From contig JBBRHU010000001.1 in NCBI GenBank assembly GCA_038222255.1, forward strand, positions 8,031 to 72,030: a DNA stretch of 64,000 bases, read 5' to 3'. Both the position numbers and the translations under genes were made by a program. Shown one piece after another: positions 41,142 through 49,742 of the stretch; within the stretch, counting starts at the first letter, position 1, and each line of letters begins with the position of its first letter. The notes beneath the pieces are model-generated. The model did no database searches, was not told where the DNA came from, and saw only the letters and a program-made list of their open reading frames with translations. Origin of the DNA: Fimbriimonadales bacterium. GTDB taxonomy: Bacteria; Armatimonadota; Fimbriimonadia; Fimbriimonadales; Fimbriimonadaceae.

Positions 41142-41288
41142 CCGGCTATTTTACTTTCGATCCAAGCGCTCAGGGCATGTGTGAGCATAAATACCAAAAG
41201 CGCTCTAGTTGCGACGTGAGCACCCTAACCATCCCAAAGGCAGACTAGACCTAACCTGTTTCGAGGTACACCATCTCAAAAGCACGTT

Positions 41289-42440
41289 ATGGAAAAGATG
41301 AATATCCCTATCCTTGACCTTCGCCCAGAGCTGCAAGAGATCGGCCCCGAGATCATGCAAGCGATCGAGAAGGTTGTCTATTCCGGCCAGTTCATCTTAG
41401 GTCCAGAAGGCGTCGCGTTCGAAAACGAGTGCGCAGAATTTCTGGGAGTCAAGCATGCAATCGGGCTTAACTCCGGCACAGATGCGCTCATCATCGGCCT
41501 TAGAGCGTTGGGCGTTGGACCAGGAGATGAAGTCATTACTTCACCCTTTTCATTCTTCGCGAGTGCAGAAGCAATCAGCTTGGTCGGAGCCACACCAGTG
41601 TTCGCCGACGTTGACCCCGTTTCGATGAACATCGATCCAAACCTGATCGAGGCTGCAATTACATCGAAGACTAAGGCGATCATGCCCGTCCACATTTTTG
41701 GCAATCCCGCTGCGATGACTCAGATCGAAGCAATTGCAAAGAAGCACAATCTGAAGATCATCGAGGACTGCGCCCAGTCATTCGGAGCCCGATACCAGGG
41801 GATTTGTGAAGGGTGTAGTGGCACTTGTGGTTGGGGAACAAACAAGGGCAAAGCGCTTGGCACAATCGGCAATTTAGGGGCATTCTCGTTCTTTCCGACC
41901 AAGAACCTCGGTGCCTACGGAGATGCCGGACTGATCGTGACAAATGATGACCACCTTGCCGAGCTCGCCAGAAAGCTCCGAACTCACGGCTCGATCAAGC
42001 GCTATGAAAACGAAATGCTCGGCTACAATTCTCGGCTCGACTCAATCCAGGCCGCGATCCTGAGGATTAAGTTGAGGCGAATCGACCAATACAACACAGC
42101 CCGACGCGTGGTAGCCGAAAGATACAATGCGCTACTCGCAGGAGTTGCCGGACTCGAAACTCCTGGCATTGCACCAGGCCACATCTTCCACCAATACACG
42201 GTACGGGTTAAGAACGGGCGGCGCGATGAGGTTCAGTCACGTTTGCTCGAGAAGGGTGTGACGACCGTTGTTTACTATCCGATCCCTCAGCATTTGCTCC
42301 CTGTTTATCGGGGTCAATTCCCGAGCTTTGAGATCTCTGAAGGGATTGCGAAAGAGGTGTTGAGCCTTCCGATTTGGCCACAAATCTCTGAAGACCAGCA
42401 GGGCTACGTTGCACAATCGCTGCGCGACATTTTGAGCTGA
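41289..42440 (+). CDS. DegT-family aminotransferase with a Cys-rich insertion
   Basis: NSGTDAL; EDCAQSFG; SFFPTKNLGAYGDAG; GYNSRLD; insertion ICEGCSGTCGWG. Confidence 0.92.
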   Translation: MEKMNIPILDLRPELQEIGPEIMQAIEKVVYSGQFILGPEGVAFENECAEFLGVKHAIGLNSGTDALIIGLRALGVGPGDEVITSPFSFFASAEAISLVGATPVFADVDPVSMNIDPNLIEAAITSKTKAIMPVHIFGNPAAMTQIEAIAKKHNLKIIEDCAQSFGARYQGICEGCSGTCGWGTNKGKALGTIGNLGAFSFFPTKNLGAYGDAGLIVTNDDHLAELARKLRTHGSIKRYENEMLGYNSRLDSIQAAILRIKLRRIDQYNTARRVVAERYNALLAGVAGLETPGIAPGHIFHQYTVRVKNGRRDEVQSRLLEKGVTTVVYYPIPQHLLPVYRGQFPSFEISEGIAKEVLSLPIWPQISEDQQGYVAQSLRDILS

Positions 42441-43351
42441 TGAAGATAGGTCTCGTCGGTTATGGTTCGTTTGGCCGGAAGCACGCCAAGGTTTTGAGCG
42501 AACTTCAAGGAGTCGAGTTGGTCGCGATAGCCAACGACGTTCCCGTCGCCCCAGAGGAACTTCCCGAGGGAGTTAGATTCTTCGGAAACCATACGGAATT
42601 GCTGGATTCTGATGTAGAGGCAGTTGTGGTCGTGGTGCCGACGGTTGCGCACTATGTAGTGGCGAAGGCTGCGATAGAGCGTGGGATTCCGACGCTAATC
42701 GAAAAACCAGTCACCCAAACTCTCGATGAAGGGCTGAAGCTCCTGGCCTTGGCGGAGAAGAAGCAAGTCGTTGTCCGCGTGGGGCACATCGAACGATTTA
42801 ACCCAGTTGCTCAAGCCCTTAAATGTGAGCTAGATTTAGGGCGGTGTGGCGAAATGTACCGCTTCGACGCAGGCCGAGTGTTTCCATATAACGGCCGTAT
42901 CCTTGATGTCGGAATCGCCCTTGACCTAAGCATTCACGACGTCGACTTGCTTCTTTGGATTTCCGGACGTAAGCCGACTCGGGTCGCTGCAGAGCGTCGA
43001 AGGAGCATTCATCCGTATCACGAGGATCACGTGGAAGCGCTGATTCGATTCGATGACGGCGTCTTTGGCCACGTTCTCACAAGCTGGACATTGCCTCGTC
43101 GAGGTCGCTGGTTACGGGCCGAGGGCTCTTTAGGTTCACTCCAAGGAGATCTCAGCTCACACGAAGTCCGCTTCACCCCAGTCGGTGGACAAGCGGAAGT
43201 GATCTCGGTCAAACCCGTAAATCAACTCGCGTCTGAACACCTTGCCTTCGTTGATGCGATCCACGGCCTCGATGCTCCAGGAACAACCCTAGAAGAAAGT
43301 TTGCACGCGCTTAGCCTGGTGCTTCAACTCGCCCATGCACCGCTGGGCTAA
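42440..43351 (+). CDS. Gfo/Idh/MocA oxidoreductase
   Basis: GYGSFG; IEKP; GHIERFNP; DLSIHD. Confidence 0.9.
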   Translation: MKIGLVGYGSFGRKHAKVLSELQGVELVAIANDVPVAPEELPEGVRFFGNHTELLDSDVEAVVVVVPTVAHYVVAKAAIERGIPTLIEKPVTQTLDEGLKLLALAEKKQVVVRVGHIERFNPVAQALKCELDLGRCGEMYRFDAGRVFPYNGRILDVGIALDLSIHDVDLLLWISGRKPTRVAAERRRSIHPYHEDHVEALIRFDDGVFGHVLTSWTLPRRGRWLRAEGSLGSLQGDLSSHEVRFTPVGGQAEVISVKPVNQLASEHLAFVDAIHGLDAPGTTLEESLHALSLVLQLAHAPLG

Positions 43352-43358
43352 TCAAGGC

Positions 43359-43616
43359 TTACTTCTTGGTCTCCTCTTTCCACTTTCCTGACTTGAGTCG
43401 GTCCAGTGCTTCGGGGTCGGGAACTGGTTTTGACATCTGAACTGCGCTCAGAGTCATTCTAAGCCGATCGAGAAACCGCCCACATCTTCCACATTGGCCA
43501 GCGTGGGAAAGGGCGTACCACTTTTTCCAGCCTTTAGCAGAGCCGTCGGCGGCTTGATGGAGAAGGTTTTCCATATGAGAGCATGGAGGGCCCTCGGTGT
43601 CTTCATGTAGTTTCAT
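43359..43616 (-). CDS. Zinc-binding anti-sigma factor (ZAS/zf-HC2-like), soluble
   Basis: HAGQCGRC (HxxxCxxC) directly downstream of the ECF sigma factor. Confidence 0.72.
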   Translation of the reverse strand: MKLHEDTEGPPCSHMENLLHQAADGSAKGWKKWYALSHAGQCGRCGRFLDRLRMTLSAVQMSKPVPDPEALDRLKSGKWKEETKK

Positions 43617-43628
43617 AAATCTGTCTTC

Positions 43629-44165
43629 CTAGTGTATGTCTTCGCTCATCGCATGGGCGAGCTGCGCTCGAAGGAGGTTCCGTCCTCGATGAAGTCGAGA
43701 GTTGATTGTTCCTTCAGAAATCTCAAGAGCAGCGGCTGCTTCTTGCCGAGTGAGGCCTTCAATGTCGCACAACGCTACTGCGAGTCTGTACTCCTCGGGG
43801 AGTCTATCGATGGCCGCAAGCACTTGGATGTGATCTAGTTGCTGGTCGATCTTCATCCAATAGCCCTCTTCGCTGAGTTCGTGTACCTCTTCGAGGGTCA
43901 CTTCGGGTTGGCGGGCGCTTTTACGAATTTGACCAAGATGTTCGTTTCGAAGAATCTGAATCAGCCAGCTTCGGACATGTCTTCCATCGAATTGATCCCA
44001 GGATCTTGCTGCCAAATAGAGCGTCTGGCTGACCACATCTTCCGCTCGTGTTTCGTTCAACGTGAGTCGAACAGCAACTCGATAGAGGATGGGAAGTTCT
44101 TGATCCACAACGGTCTCGAACCGCGGCTTGGATATCCGGCTCCCCTGAAATATTGAAAATGGCAT
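43629..44165 (-). CDS. ECF RNA polymerase sigma factor
   Basis: Region 2 AEDVVSQT...SWLIQI; region 4 LPEEYR...EGTINSRLHRGR. Confidence 0.92.
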   Translation of the reverse strand: MPFSIFQGSRISKPRFETVVDQELPILYRVAVRLTLNETRAEDVVSQTLYLAARSWDQFDGRHVRSWLIQILRNEHLGQIRKSARQPEVTLEEVHELSEEGYWMKIDQQLDHIQVLAAIDRLPEEYRLAVALCDIEGLTRQEAAAALEISEGTINSRLHRGRNLLRAQLAHAMSEDIH

Positions 44166-44181
44166 TGGCTTAGGCTTGTAT

Positions 44182-44215
44182 CCCCTTGTTCGTGAGGTGT
44201 GTTCCGAACAAGGGG
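44182..44215. terminator. Hairpin between the DM13-like gene and the sigma gene
   Basis: CCCCTTGTTCG...CGAACAAGGGG, 11-bp stem. Confidence 0.45.
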
Positions 44216-44238
44216 TTGAGGCAATCCGTCGGGAATCC

Positions 44239-44682
44239 TTAGTGGCCCTTCTCCATCATCGTGAAGGAAACTTCACCAAGATTGACCTCGGCGAACGAAC
44301 ACCAGATCTGGACCTTTGCAACATCCATGATGTAGCTCGGAAGCGTCACAGTCTTGTTCAGCTTGTCGCCGGCGATCTTTAATTGCTTTAGAAGGTACGT
44401 GTTGCCCTTGGAATCAACGACCTGCCAGTGCGGTGCCGGAGTTTTTGGAAGGACAAAGTCTTGGCTGAGCGTCAGAGTGATCTTGTTGTTCTCCTTGCTC
44501 ATCATGACGTGGCCCTTGTTGACTTCGATGCCCTTGAACATGCTCGAGTGCGAAGCCATCTTCATTGACATCTCTGGAGCTTGGGCTCCGTTCTGAGTAT
44601 GCGCGTACGAGGTGGCTGGCACCATCAGCGCAGAGCTGAGGGCGAGAGAAACGACGAGAGTGGTGAGGGTGGTGAGTTTCAT
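44239..44682 (-). CDS. Secreted DM13-like protein
   Basis: Signal peptide; PAPHWQV; VQIWC...FAEVNLG resembles the DM13 C-terminal VxIWC motif. Confidence 0.55.
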   Translation of the reverse strand: MKLTTLTTLVVSLALSSALMVPATSYAHTQNGAQAPEMSMKMASHSSMFKGIEVNKGHVMMSKENNKITLTLSQDFVLPKTPAPHWQVVDSKGNTYLLKQLKIAGDKLNKTVTLPSYIMDVAKVQIWCSFAEVNLGEVSFTMMEKGH

Positions 44683-44725
44683 GGTTGTTGTTTCCTGTGG
44701 TGAGTTGGTTAAAGTTGGGTTCGTA

Positions 44726-45622
44726 TCAGATGAATTCGAGAGTCTTTTTGCGTTCTTGGTCGGCGCGAAGTTCGGCGAAGCTCACGATCTTTTTAAGCTT
44801 GGGATTCCACACGGCTACGGTTCGGTAGAGCCAGACGTCAAGCTCTTTGCTGACTTCGAGGGCTTGAGTTTTTGCCTTGCGGTCCCACTTTCCGAGCTTC
44901 ACTTTGGTGAGAGGCTCTAGGTTTGAAGACTTCATCAGCGTCTCTGCCTTCACAAAGTAGAGTTCAAGATCGGCGCTATCCGTGAAGCTGAATCCAGATA
45001 GCTTGAGAAATCGTTTGCCATCTCGCTCGACCAGATCAGCATTTCCCTTTGCTCCTGCCTGAAAGGGACCGCTTGTTACGCGGATCTCATCGGTGTTGAA
45101 ATGAAAGCTTGCGGGGTGGATGAACGTCGTGTTTCGAATGGCCGTGCTCTTCATCGCGGGCTTGAGTTCTGCCCCTCCGAAGCCCACGGAGAATCGCTTG
45201 CACCAAACAGTTACGGCGTTGTATTCGTCGAGCTTTGTCCCGGTCGGGATGGTGTAGTTCTGGTCGCCAATGTTTCCCTTGAGCGTGCCAAGGTCAATGA
45301 AGCTACCGTCCTTGACCATCTTTGGGTCCATTCCCTTTACTAGATAGACGTGAACATCTGGGCCGTTAGAAGTCTTAAGATTTTCGAGTCGCAGCGTGCT
45401 TTGGCCGTTCTCGTCAAAAACAATCGCCTTCCCACTCGTCTCGTGAGAGTAAGAAGCAAACTGGCCACCCGCAACTTCCTTTGCCCCTGGAGTCGAAAGG
45501 TTTGGTGCCTTTTCAGCAACCTTTTGGTCGATGAAGAGAAGCTCTGGTCGAAACAGATACCAACCGATTCCTAGCAGTGGGAGCGTCGCAAGGGCGATGT
45601 TCTTCTTGTTGATTGTTCGCAT
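44726..45622 (-). CDS. Tandem DM13-domain protein
   Basis: HETSG; TSNGPDVHVYL; DLGTLKGNIGDQNY; VTVWCKRFSVGFG; a second divergent DM13 follows. Start taken as the ATG at 45622. Confidence 0.82.
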   Translation of the reverse strand: MRTINKKNIALATLPLLGIGWYLFRPELLFIDQKVAEKAPNLSTPGAKEVAGGQFASYSHETSGKAIVFDENGQSTLRLENLKTSNGPDVHVYLVKGMDPKMVKDGSFIDLGTLKGNIGDQNYTIPTGTKLDEYNAVTVWCKRFSVGFGGAELKPAMKSTAIRNTTFIHPASFHFNTDEIRVTSGPFQAGAKGNADLVERDGKRFLKLSGFSFTDSADLELYFVKAETLMKSSNLEPLTKVKLGKWDRKAKTQALEVSKELDVWLYRTVAVWNPKLKKIVSFAELRADQERKKTLEFI

Positions 45623-45890
45623 ACCGTCGGAATGCAAACCTGCGAAGTTTCCATCCAGGAATTTCAAGACACTTTCAACTTAATGCGTACAGTCACCATT
45701 CTTAGTTGGTGTGAGAGCCTCTGCACGTAGGAGCCATGTGGCTTCGAAGGCTGTGGATCTAGGCAATGATGCCTCTTTCAGCTAGAGGACATCGCAGCGT
45801 GCTTGCCGACTGGACGACGGAGACTTCCCCACTTCCCTTTTATCCCCTCCCGATTCCCTCGTGGTGGTATTATCCATCTTCACTTATTGG

Positions 45891-45950
45891 GTTGACAGCG
45901 GAAATCAACTAGGTTTTAATAACTTGGTGACCACAAAGTTGATCACCCAA
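45891..45950 (+). promoter_or_regulatory. Sigma70-type promoter and operator-like inverted repeats of the cop-rep-parAB operon
   Basis: TTGACA (45892), 17-bp spacer, TTTAAT (45915). GTTGA-N9-TCAAC overlaps the -35. Imperfect TTGGTGA...TCACCCAA repeat precedes the AGGAG RBS. Confidence 0.65.
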
Positions 45951-45959
45951 AGGAGAAAA

Positions 45960-46175
45960 ATGGCCCGAGGAAGAAAACCAACAACTGGAAGAACTGTAAC
46001 ACCTGCCGGCGTAACATTTGAACCCGGCGTTTTGGAATATCTCGAGTTTCTCCGTGAGCGCGACGAGCGTTCTAGGAGTTGGCTCATCAACCGGATGGTT
46101 AAAGAGCACGCGGCGCAATCAGGGATCGATATTGCTGCATTGGTTACAAAACAAGCAACGCATATGATCGACTGA
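45960..46175 (+). CDS. Small ribbon-helix-helix (CopG-like) regulator
   Basis: AGGAG RBS; 71 aa; beta-strand GVTF followed by two helices including RSRSWLIN; immediately upstream of the initiator. Confidence 0.7.
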   Translation: MARGRKPTTGRTVTPAGVTFEPGVLEYLEFLRERDERSRSWLINRMVKEHAAQSGIDIAALVTKQATHMID

Positions 46176-46176
46176 T

Positions 46177-48066
46177 TTGAAGCCTAACGAAGCCGAAGAC
46201 CATATTGGGAACCCGACGGGAGCGACAGCCTTTCTTGGCTATGCCCCTCCTACGTCGAGTACTACCTACACGCCGAATCAATTTTTTGACGTGGTCCTTC
46301 CTGTTGCATCTCGCGGATGCCTCCGGCTCGTTGCGTATTTAATTCGAAAAACTTTGGGGTGGAGCGATGAACATGGCAATCCACAAAACCCAGAAACCAC
46401 CGTCACCTACCGAGAACTGATTGAAAAAGCAGGTATCGGCCGAGGTCGGATCAAAGAAGCGATTGAAGAAGCAATCTCCTCTCGCTACATCAACTGCCTA
46501 AGACTTGGACAGCCCCACAAGGCTGGAGAAGAAGGCTTTAGTGCGCTCTATTCGTTGAGGTGGGATGAACGTGAAAGCTACATTACTAACCCCGATGAAT
46601 TCGATGGATTCTACGCTGGCAACGGAAACCTGACCCACATCCCCAATGACTTCTTTGACTACACCATTCCGAACGAAACGCTCGCGTTAGTTAAGGTGGT
46701 TGGAGTCATCATTCGGCACACAATCGGCTTCCAGACGAAATATGGCTTTCGTCGACAGCAAGTCGAAATGTCCTTCTCTGAGATCATGAGAAGGGCTGGC
46801 ATCGCTTCACGTTCAACGATGAACATAGCCATCAAAGAAGCTCTCGATAAGAACCACGTTTGTAAGGTAGCCGAAGGATTTTTTGATCCGAACGCTGGCG
46901 TTACAAGTTGCGCTGCATCCTATGGAATCAGGTGGCTTGATCAAACACTTGAAAAACCTCAAGTTGAACCTAAATCTGCCAACGGTTCCAAAATCGAACC
47001 GGCTAATCGGTTCCGAAATCGAACCGAGAAAGTCGAGACGGTTCCAAAATCGAACCGCGGGATAGGTTCCGAAATCGAACCGGCCAACGGTTCCAAAATC
47101 GAACCGGAAAGCGTTCCGAAATCGAACCGGGATGAGTTCCGAAATCGAACCGCTAGTAAAACAACAGATTTAAACAACCCATCAAAACAACAACAAATTG
47201 TTGCCGATGCTGTTGTTGTTCGCACAGAACTTCTGGCTTCTTTCAAGATGCTCCAGGAAGTCGGCTTCGACGAAGATGCCGCGAAAGCTCTTGCCTCGAA
47301 GTCTACAGAGCAGGTGATTCTTAAGCAGATCGAAGCATTGGAGCTTCGAAAGGTCTCAAGGAACAAACTTGGCATGCTTCGCAAGTCGATCGAGGAGGAT
47401 TGGCCATTACCAGATGCCGATGACTTGGGCGAGCATTCTGATGGCGGCCAAGAATTCGTAGGAAATTTCTATGCGGCCCTTGCTGGTCGTCAAGGAGAAC
47501 CATCGGTTACGGCTACGAAACACGAGCTAGAGCAAGCCTCTCGTTTTGTCGAAAGCATTAACCGCCAACTGGGAGAGGAACTTGACGAGTCAACGTTGGG
47601 TAGGAAGCTAGGACAGTTTGTCAGGCAGAACCAAGACCCATCTAAGGGCCCCATTCGAAGTCTTTCATATGCGATGAGGGCGTTTGGAGATCGCTTCTTT
47701 ATTAAGGTAGAGGAAGAAGAGAAGGCCAGAAAGCGTGAGGTTACGGATCGAGCTCGGCGAGCACACGAAGAGAAGTATTCAGAAGAATTTGCTCAATATC
47801 ATCGTGGCCTGCTTCAGCAATTCTCAGATCAGGATCCTCTCGTTGTAGAGAGATTTGAGCAAGGTGTTCAAACTCGTATCGACCGGATGGTCAATATGAG
47901 CCCGCGATACGTCGAGCGGATGAATCAGTCCTTCAGCGATCCGAATGAGCGGGCGCAGATGTTTGTTGAGTTTCTGAAGACAGATACAGAGTTCGAGGTG
48001 CTTGAATTCTGGGCTTGGGATGCCAAGATGAATCCAGCACCATTTTCCATGGAAGGAAATATATGA
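46177..48066 (+). CDS. Replication initiator with two tandem lambda-O-like (Phage_rep_O-type) winged-helix domains
   Basis: Internal duplication: TYTPNQFFD...YLIRKTLGW...TYRELIEKAGI and THIPNDFFD...IIRHTIGF...SFSEIMRRAGI. Iterons in the linker; NKLGMLRKSIEEDW in the C-terminal part; coupled to parA. Confidence 0.8.
   Translation: MKPNEAEDHIGNPTGATAFLGYAPPTSSTTYTPNQFFDVVLPVASRGCLRLVAYLIRKTLGWSDEHGNPQNPETTVTYRELIEKAGIGRGRIKEAIEEAISSRYINCLRLGQPHKAGEEGFSALYSLRWDERESYITNPDEFDGFYAGNGNLTHIPNDFFDYTIPNETLALVKVVGVIIRHTIGFQTKYGFRRQQVEMSFSEIMRRAGIASRSTMNIAIKEALDKNHVCKVAEGFFDPNAGVTSCAASYGIRWLDQTLEKPQVEPKSANGSKIEPANRFRNRTEKVETVPKSNRGIGSEIEPANGSKIEPESVPKSNRDEFRNRTASKTTDLNNPSKQQQIVADAVVVRTELLASFKMLQEVGFDEDAAKALASKSTEQVILKQIEALELRKVSRNKLGMLRKSIEEDWPLPDADDLGEHSDGGQEFVGNFYAALAGRQGEPSVTATKHELEQASRFVESINRQLGEELDESTLGRKLGQFVRQNQDPSKGPIRSLSYAMRAFGDRFFIKVEEEEKARKREVTDRARRAHEEKYSEEFAQYHRGLLQQFSDQDPLVVERFEQGVQTRIDRMVNMSPRYVERMNQSFSDPNERAQMFVEFLKTDTEFEVLEFWAWDAKMNPAPFSMEGNI
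46983..47220 (+). repeat. Seven 19-bp iterons (core GTTCCRAAATCGAACCG) plus an A-rich tract: candidate replication origin
   Basis: Copies start at 46983, 47008, 47039, 47064, 47088, 47111 and 47134. Followed by an A/C-rich, G-poor tract at 47153-47200. Confidence 0.88.
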
Positions 48067-48839
48067 GCACAACCATTGCAGTCATCAACCACAAAGGTGG
48101 TGTTGGGAAGACGACCACCGCCGTAAACCTGGCCGCCGGAATCGCACGAAGTGGTCACAAGGTGCTCCTCGTCGATCTAGATCCTCAAGGAAATGCGACC
48201 TACGGTTTGGGTGTGGACTTCGTTCCCGGCGAGTCTAAATCTATCGCCGACGCCCTCGTGAATCCTGAAATGGACCTAAACGAGATCATGTTAGGCACCG
48301 GCGAGGCGAATCTAAAGCTGTTGCCCTCTGATATTCGACTTGCGCACACTGCGGTTCAGCTGAGCTCAGCAGTGTTCCGCGAGACCCGGTTGTCGAAGAT
48401 TCTCAACAACATCGTGGGTTTTGACTACATCATCATTGATGCACAGCCGACTCTTGATCTTCTTCCAGTGAACGCGATCTATGCTGCGAGCAAGCTGCTC
48501 GTACCAACCGAATTGACTGGGTATGCGCTCTGCGGTTTGAGCGATCTGATTACATCCATGAAGATCACGAAGAGCGGGAGTGACTACGATTGGCGAATCG
48601 TTCTCACCAAAGTGACGGGACACGGAGAAGAGCGACAAACGCAGGCAACAAAGTATCTCGAGGGGTTTGCTGATCGAATTCTAGCTGCCAAGATTCGACA
48701 CAACGAGGCAATTCCACGAAGTCAAATCGAGACGAACGAGGAGGACCCAATTCCAGTGATCATGCAGAAGTCTTATAGCCGCGGTGCTCAAGATTATCGG
48801 GCGTTGGTGAAGGAGGTTCTTGAACTATGGCCCGCTTAA
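48063..48839 (+). CDS. parA: ParA partition ATPase
   Basis: KGGVGKTT deviant Walker A; VDLDPQGN; YIIID. ATG overlaps the rep stop (ATGA). Confidence 0.95.
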   Translation: MSTTIAVINHKGGVGKTTTAVNLAAGIARSGHKVLLVDLDPQGNATYGLGVDFVPGESKSIADALVNPEMDLNEIMLGTGEANLKLLPSDIRLAHTAVQLSSAVFRETRLSKILNNIVGFDYIIIDAQPTLDLLPVNAIYAASKLLVPTELTGYALCGLSDLITSMKITKSGSDYDWRIVLTKVTGHGEERQTQATKYLEGFADRILAAKIRHNEAIPRSQIETNEEDPIPVIMQKSYSRGAQDYRALVKEVLELWPA

Positions 48840-49630
48840 CTCAACGACTCGCAAAAGCTGCAGGTGAAAAGCCTGAGGGCATCGTTAGCTTTTTGGGGGA
48901 GGGAAGTGAGCGATTTGCACGAGTCCCTGTGGTCAGCATTGAGCCAGACCCTGATCAGCCACGCAAACACGTAGGTGATATTGAGGGCCTCAAAGCATCT
49001 ATTCGCGAACACGGAATCATTCAGCCGATCGTTGTTTCACCGCACGGCGAAGAACTCTTTAGGATCATTGCTGGTGAGCGCCGATTCACGGCGGCCAAAG
49101 AGATTGGTCTTGAGACTGTCCCTGCGATCATTCGGACCATCGAAGAGCATCGCCGACTTGAAATCCAGATCATTGAGAATATTCACCGGCAAGAACTTAG
49201 CCCCTTTGAAGAAGCCCAAGCCTATCGCCGCCTGCTAGAAGAATTCAAGCTCTCACAGCGTGACTTGGGAACAAGGGTAGGGAAGTCAGCGGCGAGTATC
49301 AACGAGACCCTTCGAATTCTGAGCCTGCCAGAAGATTTGCATGAAAGTGTTCGGACGTCCGAACGCCTTACGCGGTCTGTGTTGCTTGAGATTGCCAAAG
49401 AAGAGGTTCCAGAAACTCAACGTGCACTACTCCACCGAGCGCTGACGGGCCAACTTACGGTGAAGACTCTGAGGGAGTCAAAGCAAAAGCAGATCGAAAT
49501 TCAAGAGACGAGTAGCACGTCGCTCAAACTTTCAAACGCCACAATCACGATTCGATTTCGTAGTCCGGAATTCACCCAAGAAGACATCCGCAAGGCGCTG
49601 AACGAAGCACTCGAATCACTAAACAGTTAA
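48827..49630 (+). CDS. parB: ParB partition protein (CTPase + HTH)
   Basis: PDQPRK; GIIQPI; IAGERRF; ENIHRQEL; HTH SQRDLGTRVGKS. Confidence 0.95.
   Translation: MARLTQRLAKAAGEKPEGIVSFLGEGSERFARVPVVSIEPDPDQPRKHVGDIEGLKASIREHGIIQPIVVSPHGEELFRIIAGERRFTAAKEIGLETVPAIIRTIEEHRRLEIQIIENIHRQELSPFEEAQAYRRLLEEFKLSQRDLGTRVGKSAASINETLRILSLPEDLHESVRTSERLTRSVLLEIAKEEVPETQRALLHRALTGQLTVKTLRESKQKQIEIQETSSTSLKLSNATITIRFRSPEFTQEDIRKALNEALESLNS
49349..49364. promoter_or_regulatory. Candidate parS site 2, inside parB
   Basis: Perfect palindrome GTTCGGACGTCCGAAC. Confidence 0.65.
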
Positions 49631-49742
49631 GCCTAAACGTTAACGGTCAAAGTCAACGTTCTTGCTTGACCTTGCGACCAGGGAGACTAAGCCTTGAACT
49701 AGTACCCAAAAGTGCAAGGTGTATAATCGTTTGAATTCAACT

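Noticed and set aside
46983-47152. Repeat array as a CRISPR
   Set aside because: Repeats are 19 bp with only 4-12 bp between them, lie inside an open reading frame, and no cas genes are present; iterons fit better.
45960-49630. Prophage, given the lambda-O-like protein
   Set aside because: No terminase, capsid, tail, lysis, repressor or adjacent integrase genes; coupled to parAB instead.
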